A program made the position numbers and the translations under genes. A stretch of 64,000 nucleotides of DNA from contig NW_025767679.1 in assembly GCF_003918875.1 (NCBI RefSeq), positions 248,001 through 312,000 on the forward strand, in the 5' to 3' direction. Positions 37,411-51,249 of this stretch are shown in pieces; position 1 is the stretch's first letter, and each line of letters starts with the position of its first letter. The DNA is from Haliotis rubra (Eukaryota). The notes under the pieces are model-generated. The model ran no database searches, had not been told where the DNA came from, and saw only the letters and a list, made by a program, of their open reading frames with translations.

Positions 37411-37576
37411 CGGGGGCGGTCGGGTTGCCTTGTAGTTAAAGCTTTCGCTCGTCACGCCGAAGTCCCGAGTTCTATTCCCCACGTGGGTACAATGTGTGAA
37501 ACCCATTTCTGGTGTCCCCGCTTTGATATTGCTAGAATATTGCTGAAAGCGGCGTAAAAACAAACACACTCACTCA
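37411..37576 (+). mobile_element. Family A SINE
   Basis: Full tRNA head and tail. Flanking direct repeat TTTCCCGG. Confidence 0.85.
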
Positions 37577-40500
37577 TTTTCCCGGATTTGCTCAAACATG
37601 TTATTCACTTTGAGTTATTCTTCCTGTTGATGACGTCAAACACGTTTAGGTCAGTTATGTACAATGGTTCCACCAGGCAATGTTTCCCTTTGTGTTCGGG
37701 GCCTGTTGGTTGTTACTTCAAACAACCCAGGCCTGACAACCCAGGTCGAGTACGATATGATTTTAATAATGAAGTCCCTTTCTGGTGTATGTTTCAAAAT
37801 GGCGTAAAACCCAACTCTATGTGTTTTATAAGTTGTAAATAATATTGTAATGCCAAAAACGTGTGTTATAAATGCTTTTGAGTGTGACTTTGTATTTATA
37901 ATGGATCTGTTGGAACTTGGTCTCGTCGTTGTGTGGCTGAGATAAAGGCGAAACGACTATAAATGTGAACCTCACTGGCTATGTGGTCTTCATACCTTAG
38001 GCTGTATTTTCAATGCGTTCTTAAGGAAAATGAAATGCGTATTGTTTCAGTATAAGCTCCTAACGCATTTGGTTTTACTGATTATCTCTCCCTCGTGACA
38101 GATTTGGATGAACAGTAATTTTTATTGTTTCACAGTTTGTCAACTTGATGTGGTAGGAAAACCCTAAGTTATGCTGGTCTCATATATGATCGCTTTCAAG
38201 AAACCCACGGGCAGGTTCAGACACATCAAGAATCCACAAAAGAGAGAACCAGGGATTCAGCGCCGCTCATATGACCCTCAAGCGCTAATGAGGCCCAACT
38301 CTCCACATCAAATTGCGCATCTAGTTGTGTTTTATTAATGACAGCTGTTATGACTCCAAAGTCTTTGACGTATAGATCCATGATTTGTGATTTAGAATTG
38401 ATGGATTAGACGTTCTCTAATTGGTTCTGATTGAGACCCGACTTGTTTACATACAACATCATACAGCTGTAGTACTGCTGAAACAACTATCTGATATAGT
38501 CACAATTGCACAATCTGCTTTCGGCAGAGGTTTCTTATGAATGTGGAAATGGTTTTGTCGCTTCTATTTAAATGTCTGGATCAGCAAGGGCAACAATATC
38601 CTCAACTTATTACGAACATCAAGGAAATAAATAGATAGTATTGCATATTGCTCACGATGTTTTTGTCGTGTCGATGCTACACCAAATCTCTATGTTGTTT
38701 TATTGGTCACTAATATGAATATATAAGTATAAATAGACCCAAAGGAGAAATCAACCATACGTAAAGATTCTTGTAGCAACCGACACAAATACACTTCTGA
38801 TCAACCCTCGTCGGAAGATTTATTGAGGCTTTGTCTGCCCCCTTCTAATTCTGACGCCGGTTCGCATTTGTTCGCAACACCAAAACAGATTTAAGAAATT
38901 GGAGGTTAGAAGAAAAGCATCCTCACCGGAAGTTGAAGGCGTCTCTTGTTGAGGAGCGTAGGAGATGACAGATGATGGCGTGTATAGTTTGTTTTTCCTG
39001 AGGTATTTGTTTTCCTCCTCTCCTCCATCGGGTCAAAGAAAGTATACACTTGAAAATATTTGATCAAAATATACTTCAAACTTTATCAAGACGTAACTAG
39101 GTTGAAAAAAGTCGTTGTAATATTAGAAACACACGGCCAAAAACACTCGTATGAAATACGGCATCATCGAATAAACAGGTTTTGTTTGTTGCACTTTAAT
39201 ACCATCACCCAACATCGATTTATGCTTTCATTTACTTCGGCGATCTATTTCCGAATTAAAACTGACATCGTTTGGATTAAAATATTTTCACTGGAGCAAT
39301 CCGATCTTCATCCCGGAGATAGAGATGTGAGCTTTAGTTCAGAGTATTGATGTTTCAATCCAAATACCGTTAATCGTGAAAGTTTTTCAAATCACACCAT
39401 ATTGAATTAATTGATCATATGCACGCCAGCTCTGAACAATATCCGCTGTCTTCTTCACCTCTATGACTTAATTTACCGCCAAGTGTGTTCTAAAGCGCCA
39501 CCTTTTTGTGTACTGCGCAGGCCAATTTGTCTCTAAAATTGCGCCATTTTCTATCCGTTTTGCAATAAAGTTAAACAGGTTGTAAAAGTTAATGTTGAAT
39601 AACGTTAACGAGTTGTGGCAAATAGTACATCGTATGACGTCCATTGCAATTTCTTAATGCAATATTCATTTTTAGAAGAATTATGGTTTCAATGTTATTT
39701 GTTCCTTGGCAAAATCATGAAAATTTAATTTGAACTGCCAGAGTGACTTATACGCACACTGATGCTTTGAAGGAGGTGATTTAACTCCTGTTGAAAGCGT
39801 GTATTATAGTGCCCGTACTTGTTATATCAGTATTTCCACGAAGATGTCTAGAGGTTTTCATAACTCAATCATCCCTTACTTATTAGACTAACCACGGTTG
39901 GCAGTGACTTCAGTGACTTCGGGCACAACAAGTTCTTGAGTTTCAATGCATAATTATATTTTCGATTTCTCAAAAATGTTATATCCTGGATGACGAAACA
40001 GGCGTTTTTAGTGAGTGTCCATCGTGGTGTATAGTATTGTCTCTGAGTGAGTGTGATCAAATACTGAAATGAAATGTTTGGGGCTACAAGGTATAGTGGT
40101 AATTCAAGAAACATTAACATTTTTACGTACGTCACATATCCGATAACGTGCTCGGTCGATGTCTCTGGAAAACACGAATGGACAATAAAACTGCTCAATT
40201 AAATATCAATGAATGGTATCAGTTGCTTTCGTTGTATAAACTTCTTAATTTGATGATCACAACCTGCTTTAAGAAAGGCATGTATAAACGGCAATCGACC
40301 TATTCATTTAATGTGATAATAACGTAATACAAGTTCAGTGAAATTCGTTCTAAATGCGGACCGAACAGTTTCAGTCGTGGAATTTGCTTTGAAGAGGCGT
40401 GCCAGAAGCCTGTGATTGTGAGTTAAATTTCCACATTTGCCCTGGTTATGATCCTTGGTGTGTAAAGATTCCCCCAGGTTCCACAAAGGGTGGTAAACGT

Positions 40501-41236
40501 CTATAGCATGCATACAATTGGGCACATCTCCAGCAACAAGCTGACACGCCATGCAACAAGTGAAATCATATTCCAAGTTGAATACATTGCACACCTTTCA
40601 TATTCTGGGAATATGGAACTAGGACCAGACACATTTTAGATAAGAGCAATCTTGCCGAAAATACATTTGTAGAAAATAACTTTCTTGAAAGCACTAACAC
40701 TGAAATATGTCAAATGTCCAAAAGAATCTATACCACTTTAGGGATAACCCTTGACAAAGTCTACGACATAGTTGAAACTATGTGTGACAGTTTCACTATC
40801 CTGAGTCCAATCTTCGAACGAATGCATTGAATAATGTGATCCGTTGAAAGGATCACTTTTAGATATCCGAAAGGGACTTTCATAAACAACCTATCCGGAA
40901 CCCAACCAGGGTAATGGTGTGAAAGATGTACATCGTCGGCTTCACTGTAGCGGTCATGCTGGATAAAGGTACTAAGCCTTGATGGATTCGTATTTGATTT
41001 CTTAATGTACAGGTAACATATATTCCTATCACATGATATCATAGGCCTTCATTGGACTCACGGGCAGGAATTTGATATATGTAATCACACTGATAGTATA
41101 TCCTATGTTAGAGTAAAAGGTGATAACGGGTATTGGGTGACCAGGTAGACACTGGAATTAGGTAAATGTTGACACTCCATAATAAAAGAATGGACACGTT
41201 CTTATCTTTTCGTGCTCTTTTTCACTTGATGGATGA

Positions 41237-41795
41237 AATGGTATAATGTTTGCGTTCTGTAAGCTATCTTCATCAAACGCACAAAACCAGCAATAAACAG
41301 GGATCAGGGTGTCTACCTCCCAAATGCATGGTACATAAAACAATAAGACAATACCCTACCCTCGTCACTGTTCCCATGGATAAAGCATAATTTCTATGTA
41401 TACACTGCTATTACTTTACATTCTATACATTTATAAATACGTCTCTGTACATTTCTAAATCAATCAACAATTTTGTATAAGTATCTGAACAGTTCTAAAT
41501 TGATCCATTAATTTTGCAGTAAACGACATCTTATATATTCATAATAACATGTATTCTATTAGCCATGTCATCTGTATCTATTGACCACCACATGTATTGC
41601 GTCATCATAGCATTGTGACGTCATAAGCATTGTGACGTCACGGCCAGAGTTAACAGTTACTGTTCAGTTTTACCTGATGATGGGGCCAGAACAAGCCCTG
41701 AAACGTTGTACTCGAGATTAAAAAGAAGATGTAACCCAGAAAAAATCTCTATGTTCATCAAATATCATCTTCTAAAATGCCAATCAAGAATCTTC
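41237..41795 (+). mobile_element. Penelope-like element 3' remnant (GIY-YIG C-terminus plus pLTR with minimal hammerhead-like motif)
   Basis: 41260-41334 translates as *AIFIKRTKPAINRDQGVYLPNAWY, matching the EAI.I....P.LNRD.G..L...W C-terminus of Penelope GIY-YIG ORFs. CTGATGA-stem-GAAAC motif at 41674-41704. Confidence 0.7.
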
Positions 41796-41984
41796 CTTCC
41801 ATAACTGGAACACATTTCACTCTCTACATATTTCTATCCTATCCTAAAAAATTTTTTTTCCCCGCCCCCCCATTCATTCCAAATTTTATCCTTCTTCAAA
41901 GCTGATTTCATATCCTAGCAAGTCTTATACTGACCGTACTGTTGCTTGTATACTTACTGCTATAGTTAACATCGAAACCTACAG

Positions 41985-42305
41985 ACCCGTGAAGATCCGG
42001 GCTAGAATAGGTCTTCAGCAACCCACGCTTGTCACAAAAGGCGACTATGCTTGTCGTAAGAGGCGACTAACGGGATCGGGTGGTCAGGCCCGCTGACTTG
42101 GTTGACACATGTCATCGGTTCCCAATTGCGCAGATTGATGCTCTGCTATTGATCACTGGATTGTCTGGTCCAGACTCGATAATTTACAGACCGCACGATT
42201 CCCCACATGGGTACAGAGAATGAAGCCCATTCCTGGTGTACCCCACCGTGGTATTGCTGGAATATTGATAAAAGCGGTATAAAAAAATTAAACCTTTCTT
42301 CATTC
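41985..42305 (+). mobile_element. Chimeric SINE: family B 5' part and body fused to the family A 3' half
   Basis: Family B sequence runs to TTTACAGACCGC (~42194), then switches to family A CGATTCCCCACATGGGTACA..GAAGCCCATT..GCTGGAATATTG. The GCTTGTC..GGCGACTA module is duplicated. Confidence 0.8.
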
Positions 42306-42445
42306 ACCCAAGGACGTCTACCATGTGATGGAACATCTCCCTGTGCTATTTTAATCTAGGCATCGATTCTGTTAACTTTGATAAAGATTACATTAATAAT
42401 ACAGCCAGTCGCAGATCCGCCTCGTTAGTATTTATTTCTAATAAA

Positions 42446-42677
42446 AAACTGACATACAAAAGAAAGTACACACCTGGTGTTTTGGGATTATTTGAAAAGT
42501 GTTGTGATTTTGACTGGCAACTTCGCAATTGGGCACGATATCTGTAGTGTTTTGGCAACATCTTAGGAAAGTCTGTGACTTATATATCACTGTAAAACTA
42601 TTTTCAAAACATTTACGTCGCTCTTTGGAAAGCAATCCAAAAGCACCAGGTGTGTACTTTCTTTTGTACGTCAGTTT
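42446..42677. mobile_element. ~230-bp Tc1-type MITE
   Basis: ~44-bp TIRs AAACTGACATACAAAAGAAAGTACACACCTGGTGTTTTGGGATT and AATCCAAAAGCACCAGGTGTGTACTTTCTTTTGTACGTCAGTTT. Confidence 0.75.
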
Positions 42678-45231
42678 ATTTCAGCCCGTGAGTTTGTTTG
42701 TTTTACGTCTACATCCTAGTAAATGTTAAGTAATATCAGTCCGCGTAGATATAAACTTCAAATACGAGATGCTGGAACTAATCTCTGTCGGGAATATTCA
42801 TGCCTTAAATATATTAGTTTGTGTAACAAAGATCAAAACAAAGTAACTGGAATCCTTATTTGTTCATAATTCCCGTCATAAGGCAAATGCTACTTGCATG
42901 TCAAGTGATTATAAAACTTGTTTAGTCATTGACACAGGTGTTATTCTACTCTCCACTGTAGATAATTTGGTATTCAGTACAAAGAACGGGTTCATTCAAA
43001 GGACACATACTGATTGCATTTGTCACAATGTCCATCAATGATTAAACATCACGTATAATTGAATTTCATGTATAATTGAACACTCTTTTGCATCGACATA
43101 GACCTGCTATTCTCCATTCTTTTGTCTTCCTTCACTCTCAACAACAATGCCAATGATTCCAAACCAGGGGGCGTCCATACATTATGTCTCCCATTGTCAT
43201 CAATAAACCAAATCCTTCAGCTAATGAAGGCGATAATGACTTAAGGATACTGTTGTTGCAAGACACAACGGGTAAGCCACTAAGCTCCGGACATAAACAC
43301 GACTCCGCCATTATGGTCAAAGGCTGGACAATGGTCACGTCAGTAGGGAGGCTGGACATTGATTAATATTGACCAACCACTTCGTAAAAATACCTCGATG
43401 AGTTATGGCTACTCAGCTCGTAACTCAAGGATGTTTAATAGCTACTTCTGAAGCAACTCCCGTCAGACTCATTTTGTCCAGGTATTTGAAAGCAGAAATC
43501 GTGGTTCACCTCCCATCAGTACAACTGTAAACTGATAGCCATCTTCTGGTAAAGCAGAGCTCTTTGTGAGCTTTAGCCATTGTTCGGTGATGAACCCTTT
43601 CTACTGAAAGTCAGGAACGGAGGAAATATGTTGCTAACACAAACCAGCAGCAACTGTAATGAGCAAAGGTTTTGCTTAACTGTTTACATCACTATTAAAA
43701 ATTGTGTTTATAAAGTAGAGTATGGACACACACTTATCTTAAGGCTAACCATAACAAATTGTGTTTCGTGTAAAACCATGTAGATGTATCTGTGTTCTCA
43801 AGAGTCTATTATTTCTTACGGCTGTAATCTTGTTTATCATTACAATGAGCACTACGTACGGCTGCCTTCTCGCTGGACAACTTTGGACTTGTAAAGGAAG
43901 CATTCTGGAGATACGCTGTCTATTTTCATATGTATCAATGTTTCTATATAATATTTTCTGTTTACTGTAATAACTAAAACGATAATAATATATTTCTGTT
44001 GAAGGCAGTTAGCTCATGTTGACTTGATGCAAAGATCAAATACAGATGGAAAGATAGGTGAACATTGCATTACACACATTCCCTGACAAAGGGAGAATGA
44101 TTTTCTCTGGCTACAAAACATATAATACTCTACTACATCTGGATATTTCAGGTGATAAAAAGGCAGGATCTTTTTCTCCAGGGAAGATCCTGCCTGATGT
44201 TTTGTGCATCTGCGTAACGCAATTCGATTTCACACGGAATTAACGACATCTCTACTTAACAAAGAGTTAATGTCTCCCCTATACAATCAAAACTTTCTTC
44301 CTGCTAACATAAAACATTTTGGTATCTCATAAATGCTATTCAGCGTGTCATTTTTCGACACAGGCCGATTTTTGGCATTGTTTGGATACAGCGATCAGAT
44401 TGCGTCAACTTCGACAAACAACTAGGACGCGAAATGTATCAGAAAGGGACAAGGCCCAGCAGCTTTGAGCAGGTAGACATGTCGTCGATAGTCTAAGATT
44501 CTGTTGTGACAAATAGCAACGTATATACCGTTCACACGTACAGTCGTACAGAAATCCGTTCATATAGGGGAAACACAAGGTGAGTCAATCAATTTGGCAT
44601 TCACTGCAAAGCTTTTCACACTGATGCAAATTAGCTTCATGAAAGACATGTTTCTGTACAAGCATGTTTTTAGGTGACAGTAGTGTCACGTAAATTCTAG
44701 TCATCAATTACCTGAGCTGACATATTTTCCCATTTTGTTTGAAATGGGCCTCTCGAGAACGCGTTGTTGTGGAAACCCACCGAGAACAATGGCAAGGACG
44801 GAGGGAAGGGGTGCTATTCTAAATGGCAATGATAATGCTTTTGGGCGGAGAACAGACATTCAACACATTCCAGATACGTGTTCAAGTTTGTTGTTCTGGG
44901 TTATGACAAAAGTAAAGTTAAGCGAAAACATCATCATTACACCCACAAAAGTAGGCTTTAGGAAAGCGAGTACCCATTGGAGTGTTATGATGTCAAGTTG
45001 GTTACTTTTATTTTGTTGTTTAAATTCATTTTCATGCAAAAGTTAATGAACACGAGTTTAATGTCTGGCTTGTATTTATTACAAAGTTTACAACGTCTTT
45101 ATACATACATATCTTGTTAATTGTATACATGACTACATCATCAGCCAACTGTGTTGCCCACCGTCTAACAGAACTCCAGTTAATGTGAAGGATGTTCTTT
45201 TCTGCTATGTAAGGTGTAGGTGAGCTTTTAC

Positions 45232-45341
45232 AGCTAGATATTTAATTTTACATGTCACAACGTCAACTTTATCTGCAACAGGGAGTTTGTGTTTATATAC
45301 ATAAAGTTGACGTTGTGAAATGTAGAATTAAACATCTAGCT
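45232..45341. repeat. 110-bp inverted repeat (foldback or MITE remnant)
   Basis: Arms AGCTAGATATTTAATTTTTACATGTCACAACGTCAACTTTAT and ATAAAGTTGACGTTGTGAAATGTAGAATTAAACATCTAGCT. Confidence 0.7.
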
Positions 45342-47084
45342 TTAAAATGATTTTAAACAACAAAATATAAGAAATCAACTTGACATCATAACATTCCAAT
45401 GGGCAATCGCTTTCCTGAGGCGTACTTTGGTGGGTGTAATGACTCCTCAAACCAGTCCTCGTAATGTCCAAACCACCAGACCAGAAAACAAAAGTTACTT
45501 TCTCTCTCATAATACAATTAAACAGTTGATTAGTACTTGAAGTTTGCAGGATGAATCCGTGGTGATATCAGCATTTAGCATTCGGACATCATTGCAAAGG
45601 GTCATTTTCATTAACTCAAAAGTCCAAATATGGAGCTGGTGACCACATTTTTTTACAATGGTGTAGTGGTCTGAATAGTCATGTATCAATATCTTGAGTA
45701 AACAGAACACTTCTAACTATTTCGTCAAACCTTCTATGTGTATCAAACATGTAAAAGTCGAGGTTCTTTGAGAGGCATAAATGTAAAAGTCCACTTTGTC
45801 ATTATTCTTTAAACACGGACAATTAAGTACACGATTAATAGATCATTGTATTCAAAACTGAAACCTAAGAAATGATCAGTAAATTTCAAACTTTTACATC
45901 GACAAAGGACGAATTACCATTTTTGCAAGGATTCCAATAAAAACAAAAAGGTAGAGAATCCCATTGTTCCATGGGATCATATACTTTAACAGAATGAAGC
46001 ATGGGATACACACACACGTCTGTATCAGTGCTAACATACTAATAGAAGCCTTACAGTAAGTGATAGCTGCGAGTGTGACTCTGACTACTTTTTTTAGATA
46101 AAACTCTTAAGTATAACCTTAGTCAAATGTCATTGGTCCCTCCTTCAGACAGTCCATTCAATTAGCTGTAGTCGAGTGGGGCATTATGCACATATCCTGT
46201 ACAAATAGGGTATATCTGGCACATAATCTAGTCTATTGTAATGACTTGGACATAAGTGATCTAAATTTGATTGACATTTATCTGCTACAGCATGTCTATT
46301 GCGCCAGTACGTCTGAAGGGTTCTTATCTGATATATCTGTCACTCCAAACTCCTAATCGTCACTTTCACAGACTTATTTCACAGTCTGAGACGTATTTCT
46401 AGTAAGGGAAAGATTAAGGTTGCGCTATGTACAATCGGAAAGAATTTCGGCAATGCAAGCTTACACATTTTGGTTAATGAACGAAAACAGGAACACGAAT
46501 TCTGTCTGGTGAAGATATATAATATTTGACATTGAATAATTACTTGTTTTTATATTGGCATAGGTTAGACTACGAGGTATGAATTATTTGAACAAATAAC
46601 GTCAGTGTGTGCAGCTGATTACATATTCCAAGCGTTACATCCATGTTAAAAGTTAGCAAACAGTTAAAACATTCGTTTCGACAATCTCATTTGATTGATA
46701 GTACCAGCGAAAAAATAGATGGATGGATTTATGGAACCATGATGGTAGATAGACACACAGACGGAAGGATGGATGGATAAATGGATGGATGGATGGAGGG
46801 ATAGGCTTACAGACTGATTGACCGCCATTATTTCTTCCATAATGTGAAGATACAACAGATTCATGTTATATGAAAGGTCAATAAACCTCGAGAGATAACT
46901 ATAGCAATCAGCAGCAGCAGGATATATACACATAGACTGAGTCAGACCTCCACTTTCCTGGACAGCAAACTGTACTGCGGATCACCCGTTGCCATATGTG
47001 GGCATCTAAATTCGAGCAGGCACAGCTCCAAACAGGGACACAAAAAGGTCATCTTCAACTTCCCGTAGCTTTTCAAATATGTGA

Positions 47085-47135
47085 CGCCATATAGCTGGAA
47101 TATTGCTGAGTGCGGCGTAAAACTAAACTCACTAT
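47085..47135 (+). mobile_element. Tail-only family B insertion
   Basis: CGCCATATAGCTGGAATATTGCTGAGTGCGGCGTAAAACTAAACTCACT with a 10-bp TSD AAATATGTGA at 47075-47084 and 47136-47145. Confidence 0.8.
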
Positions 47136-47688
47136 AAATATGTGAAGTATGTTTAAGTAAATCCCAAATTCTATTGTAAGGAATGTCTCCTTCGTGGAGG
47201 TTCATTTAACATGACATATTAAGACGCTTTATCATGGTTGCACTTGCAATGTTTCAGTATAATTTCAAAACCACGTCTAAAGTTTAGACCCGTAAGCTTA
47301 ATCAATCGTGGTAGATTAAAATGTGACATTTGATACGAATTGTAAATTTCGTAAATAGATGTCCACGGGAAGTGTTTCCAGACCCGAGTTAAGCAAATAT
47401 TTGGTATCACTAATTGTTTAAAAGGATTTTGTCAGGATCATTAAGTACAATATTTATCACAAACTACCTGCATATCACTTAACTATGTTGCACAGTAGAT
47501 CTAGTTTAGATTACCTGCATTTATTCGATCAAGTATCGAGGTCATCTTTGTCTCTGTTACATCTGGTTGACAATGTCTATATGGATCTTAATATAATGTT
47601 CATGGTAGATTTTAATGTACGATGATATTTTAAGCTTGAGTTTAGTTCATTTTTTCAAACAGCTTATACCTAAAAGAGCAGCACTATC

Positions 47689-48120
47689 CTAGCTAACTGA
47701 CAATGTTTTCACAACGTTGTAGATTGGTGACGTCATGACACAACGTTGTCACAACGTTAGTATTACGTCATTTTTAACGTTATGTCACAACGTAATAACA
47801 ACGTTGCAAATTTACGTTGATGAAACGCTATGCTTTGGGCTCCTCACACGTTATAACAACGTTTCTCATAACTTGGTGTCCTGAGAGAGTTTTCTGTAAA
47901 ACGTTTCACTTTGAGATTCTTTTTTCACTATTCAGATACAGCTTCTTATGTACTGTTCACTATTGGGAAAATAGAAAGTTAAGACAAAGTAAAATACGTT
48001 AGCATCAAATAACGTTAACCTTGTGGCGACGTAAAACTGACGTATCACAACGTCAGGCCTCAACGTTGTGACAACGTAAATGAGAGTCCACAGAATAACG
48101 TTGTAACAACGAAAACAATT
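47689..48120. mobile_element. Decayed non-autonomous DNA transposon with ACAACGTTG subterminal repeats
   Basis: Starts CCTAGCTAAC and carries many direct and inverted (C/A)CAACGTT(G) motifs in two clusters. Superfamily is uncertain (EnSpm/CMC-like layout). Confidence 0.45.
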
Positions 48121-49230
48121 GTGAAATTGTGAGCTTGGATGCACCAACTGAACTGAAAGCAATGATTCAATTACAACGAGGATGAATAACTGACTTTATG
48201 ACACCTATACGCATCTTTCTCTGACAGTATTAGTCTTTGAACAGGGCAACCACAAGATACTGATGTGTATTTGAGTTCAACATGTCGACATATGAACCTA
48301 AAACCCGTACCTTAATCACCCTTTGATGTACAAGGCCATTATTCATGTATATGTAAATGGCAGACTATTCCACGTTGATTGCAACAACGATTACCTTATC
48401 CATAGAGAGATCGATTCCTTACTGAAATCTAATTTCCTATCTGTCTGAATTCAGATTAATATGCAGAAAACTGCAAAATCTATTAGCACTTAGGATTTCT
48501 CAACTCAAGGTAATGAGTTATTTCAAACATTTCCACTGTCGCAAGTCATCGTGTTATTGGATGTTTTCTTTTCCCAATAAATGATGAGTTAAGACGGCAT
48601 CGAAGTCAGCAATATTATCGTATATGAAGGTGACCTGTAAATAGCCTTGACGGGTCGTTTGCGTATTATGACATGCAATCAACCTGTTCATCGTGTTATT
48701 ATCTCAACATGGAATTATTATCTGTGTTGAGTGATTGAGTTGAATTAAACGCCGCTTCGAGCAGTATTCAAGTTAAATCAAGGCGAGGAAAATCCAAATT
48801 TGAGCGGGTCTCAGACGTTTGCAACTTGGGTGAAACCATGGAGTATAGTGCTGACAAAACCTGAAGCATAATAGTGATCGACCGGGATTCAAACGCAGGA
48901 TCATAGGTTTCTGCCATGGCATGGCAGAGGGCCGCAATTATGGGAGGTGAATAACAGCGACTGGAACATCCGTGCACCATCTTCCTCCAAGAACATGAAG
49001 TATCAAGAACTGTGAGTTGAACGCCGTTTAGAACAATGTTACAGTAATATCTTGGCCTAAGAGAGTGAATGAGGTCTTCGAATTTTGCCACGTTGATGAA
49101 ATCCATGTGTATTGAATTCTGACATACAACGAATAACAACCATAAAAAGAACCCACGATACCGTATCCCATTTATGATGTTTTAATTGAGACATCAAGTG
49201 AATGTCCTGTTGTGGCATGACTGCCATTTT

Positions 49231-49390
49231 GTTTGTTTGTTTACTTAACGCAACAATCAGCAATATTCCATCTACATAGCGACCCTAAATAATCGACCCT
49301 GGACCAGACAATCTCGTGATCAACAGATTGAGCATCGATCTACGCAATTGGGATACAATGACATGTGACAACCACGTCAGCGAGTCAGAC
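49231..49390 (-). mobile_element. Family B SINE-like element, antisense, partial
   Basis: GTTTGTTTG..CAGCAATATTCCA..GGACCAGACAATC..GAGCATCGATCTACGCAATTGGGATAC..GTCAGCGAG is the reverse complement of the family B body and tail. Confidence 0.75.
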
Positions 49391-51249
49391 ATTGATGTAT
49401 GCTGTCTTTACAATTAGCGTGACTCTTACTGATGTGAATCGCGAAGGTTTTTTTTTATTTAGCTGGTGTGTACTAATATTCGAATAGGCGTTAAACATTT
49501 TGCAGTTATAATGTCTTCGTTGAAAATGACATTAAAATGAAAATAGAAATAGAAAGCAAAGGAATGATCAGTCTTGATTATCCGTTTAAACAAATTCCAC
49601 TGAGCGTGAAAGGCAACATAGATGTGAACATTATATAACTGTATCTCTCAGTAGCATCAGCCACTCACACAGTTGTGTGTAAGATGTGTTTGTGCGTTGC
49701 CTGACTCCGCCGTACAGCGGCACTCCAGACAAATGACCGCAGCCTGTAAACAAACGAGTCTTCACCAGACAGGCGAGTAACACGATTCTGTTGAAACTTG
49801 AAACGATGTGTCAACAAAACAGTTGATGCCATCACAAAATTCAAATCTCTACACACGGTTTCTCCAATGCCGGCTTCGATGTAGATTTCCCTCCAAACTG
49901 AAGCTGATAATAAATTGTTGCTGAAGACGCCCTGTTACATCCACATTCATACAAGTGGGAGACTAGACTTAAAGGATGCTTTAACAGTGTTCCAGTTGTA
50001 CAGCGGAAGGTGTTTCGCCCATCCTTTCGAGGCCCTTACTATAAGGCTCGTTTACTTGAGGATGCACATATTACCTGACACGTGCAGTCCACTACATTTG
50101 GGGTGGGATAAAATTCGTTTTATACAAACCATCTTGTGTCATTAATGTTAAACTCAAATTGTAACTCCTGCTGTAAATGTACTGCATATACTAGAAAAGT
50201 TATTTCATACATAAATGTCAACAACTGATGACCAAGGGATGGGCGTTAGGTTTCTAAACTTTTCCACTATGGGTGATAGTAAAACCATCGGCTTTAAAAT
50301 GAAGTGTTTCAACAAGCACCATAGTGACTAATACCATGTAAGTTAAACGGAACTGATGTGTTATTACAAGAATGTTTATGTCCCCTTTCTAAGCATCTTT
50401 ATGGAAACGTATCAAGTATTTTACCATAAAATACGTCTGGAAACGTTGTATCTCAGCCAACCCAACACTTGAAATTGATACACTGGCTGTTCATGTATAA
50501 GAATAATGGAAAACCTTTATCACAATGTTTTCACTTGATATAGTCTTGGTGACTGACATTTTCCACATCAAAAGGTATTTGGCATATGTCTACTTTATAC
50601 ACCACCATATTTCACTTATAACATGTATTTGTCAGTTGATCTACCTCTAAGTTCAACATATGTTTATATACACATATATATGTAAATAAGCACCTTCTTT
50701 GAAGGTGTCTAAAGTTGAATCAGTAAACACCTTGAAATTATTGGGTAGGAAGATATGTTATTGTAAGGCACATATATGTAAATAAATACCTTCTTTGAAG
50801 GTGTCCAAATTTGAATCAGTAAACACCTTAAGACTAATGGGTTGGATGATATGTTATTGTAATAACTGATGAGAATTTGATACTATTCTCGTTACATTTG
50901 TCCACATGATTCTCGAGGGGAAAACAACACGATTACTTGAATCTTCAATCCATCAAAGCCATTTAATCCTCGACCTTGTTAGCTGGAGTGGTTGTATTCT
51001 CTTTCAGTGTTTTTGAAGAAGAAAAATCGAAAGTTGTTAATCTGGATATTGAAGAGATATCATTTTGCACATCGACATTATCTCTGTTTATGTGTGAGTC
51101 TCTTGTGCTGGAATCTGCTTTGTAATTCTCCCAATATCCACCCAGGAAGTACATTTATCTTTGAATAGAACCTGGATGAGGTTATCATGTGGGTAGTCAC
51201 TGGGGGAAACCCAGATATGATGAATCAGAAGCTCATATCAGTAAACATG

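Noticed and set aside
43138-43630. Faint DIRS-like peptide traces on the minus strand (FPPF, WTPP)
   Set aside because: Multiple stops and frameshifts and no recognisable RT or tyrosine recombinase motif. It cannot be supported without a profile search.
50672-50862. ~98-bp direct duplication containing a CACCTTC-TTT-GAAGGTG hairpin, considered as a Helitron end or terminator
   Set aside because: There is no CTRR terminus at the expected spacing. It is best explained as a simple local duplication.
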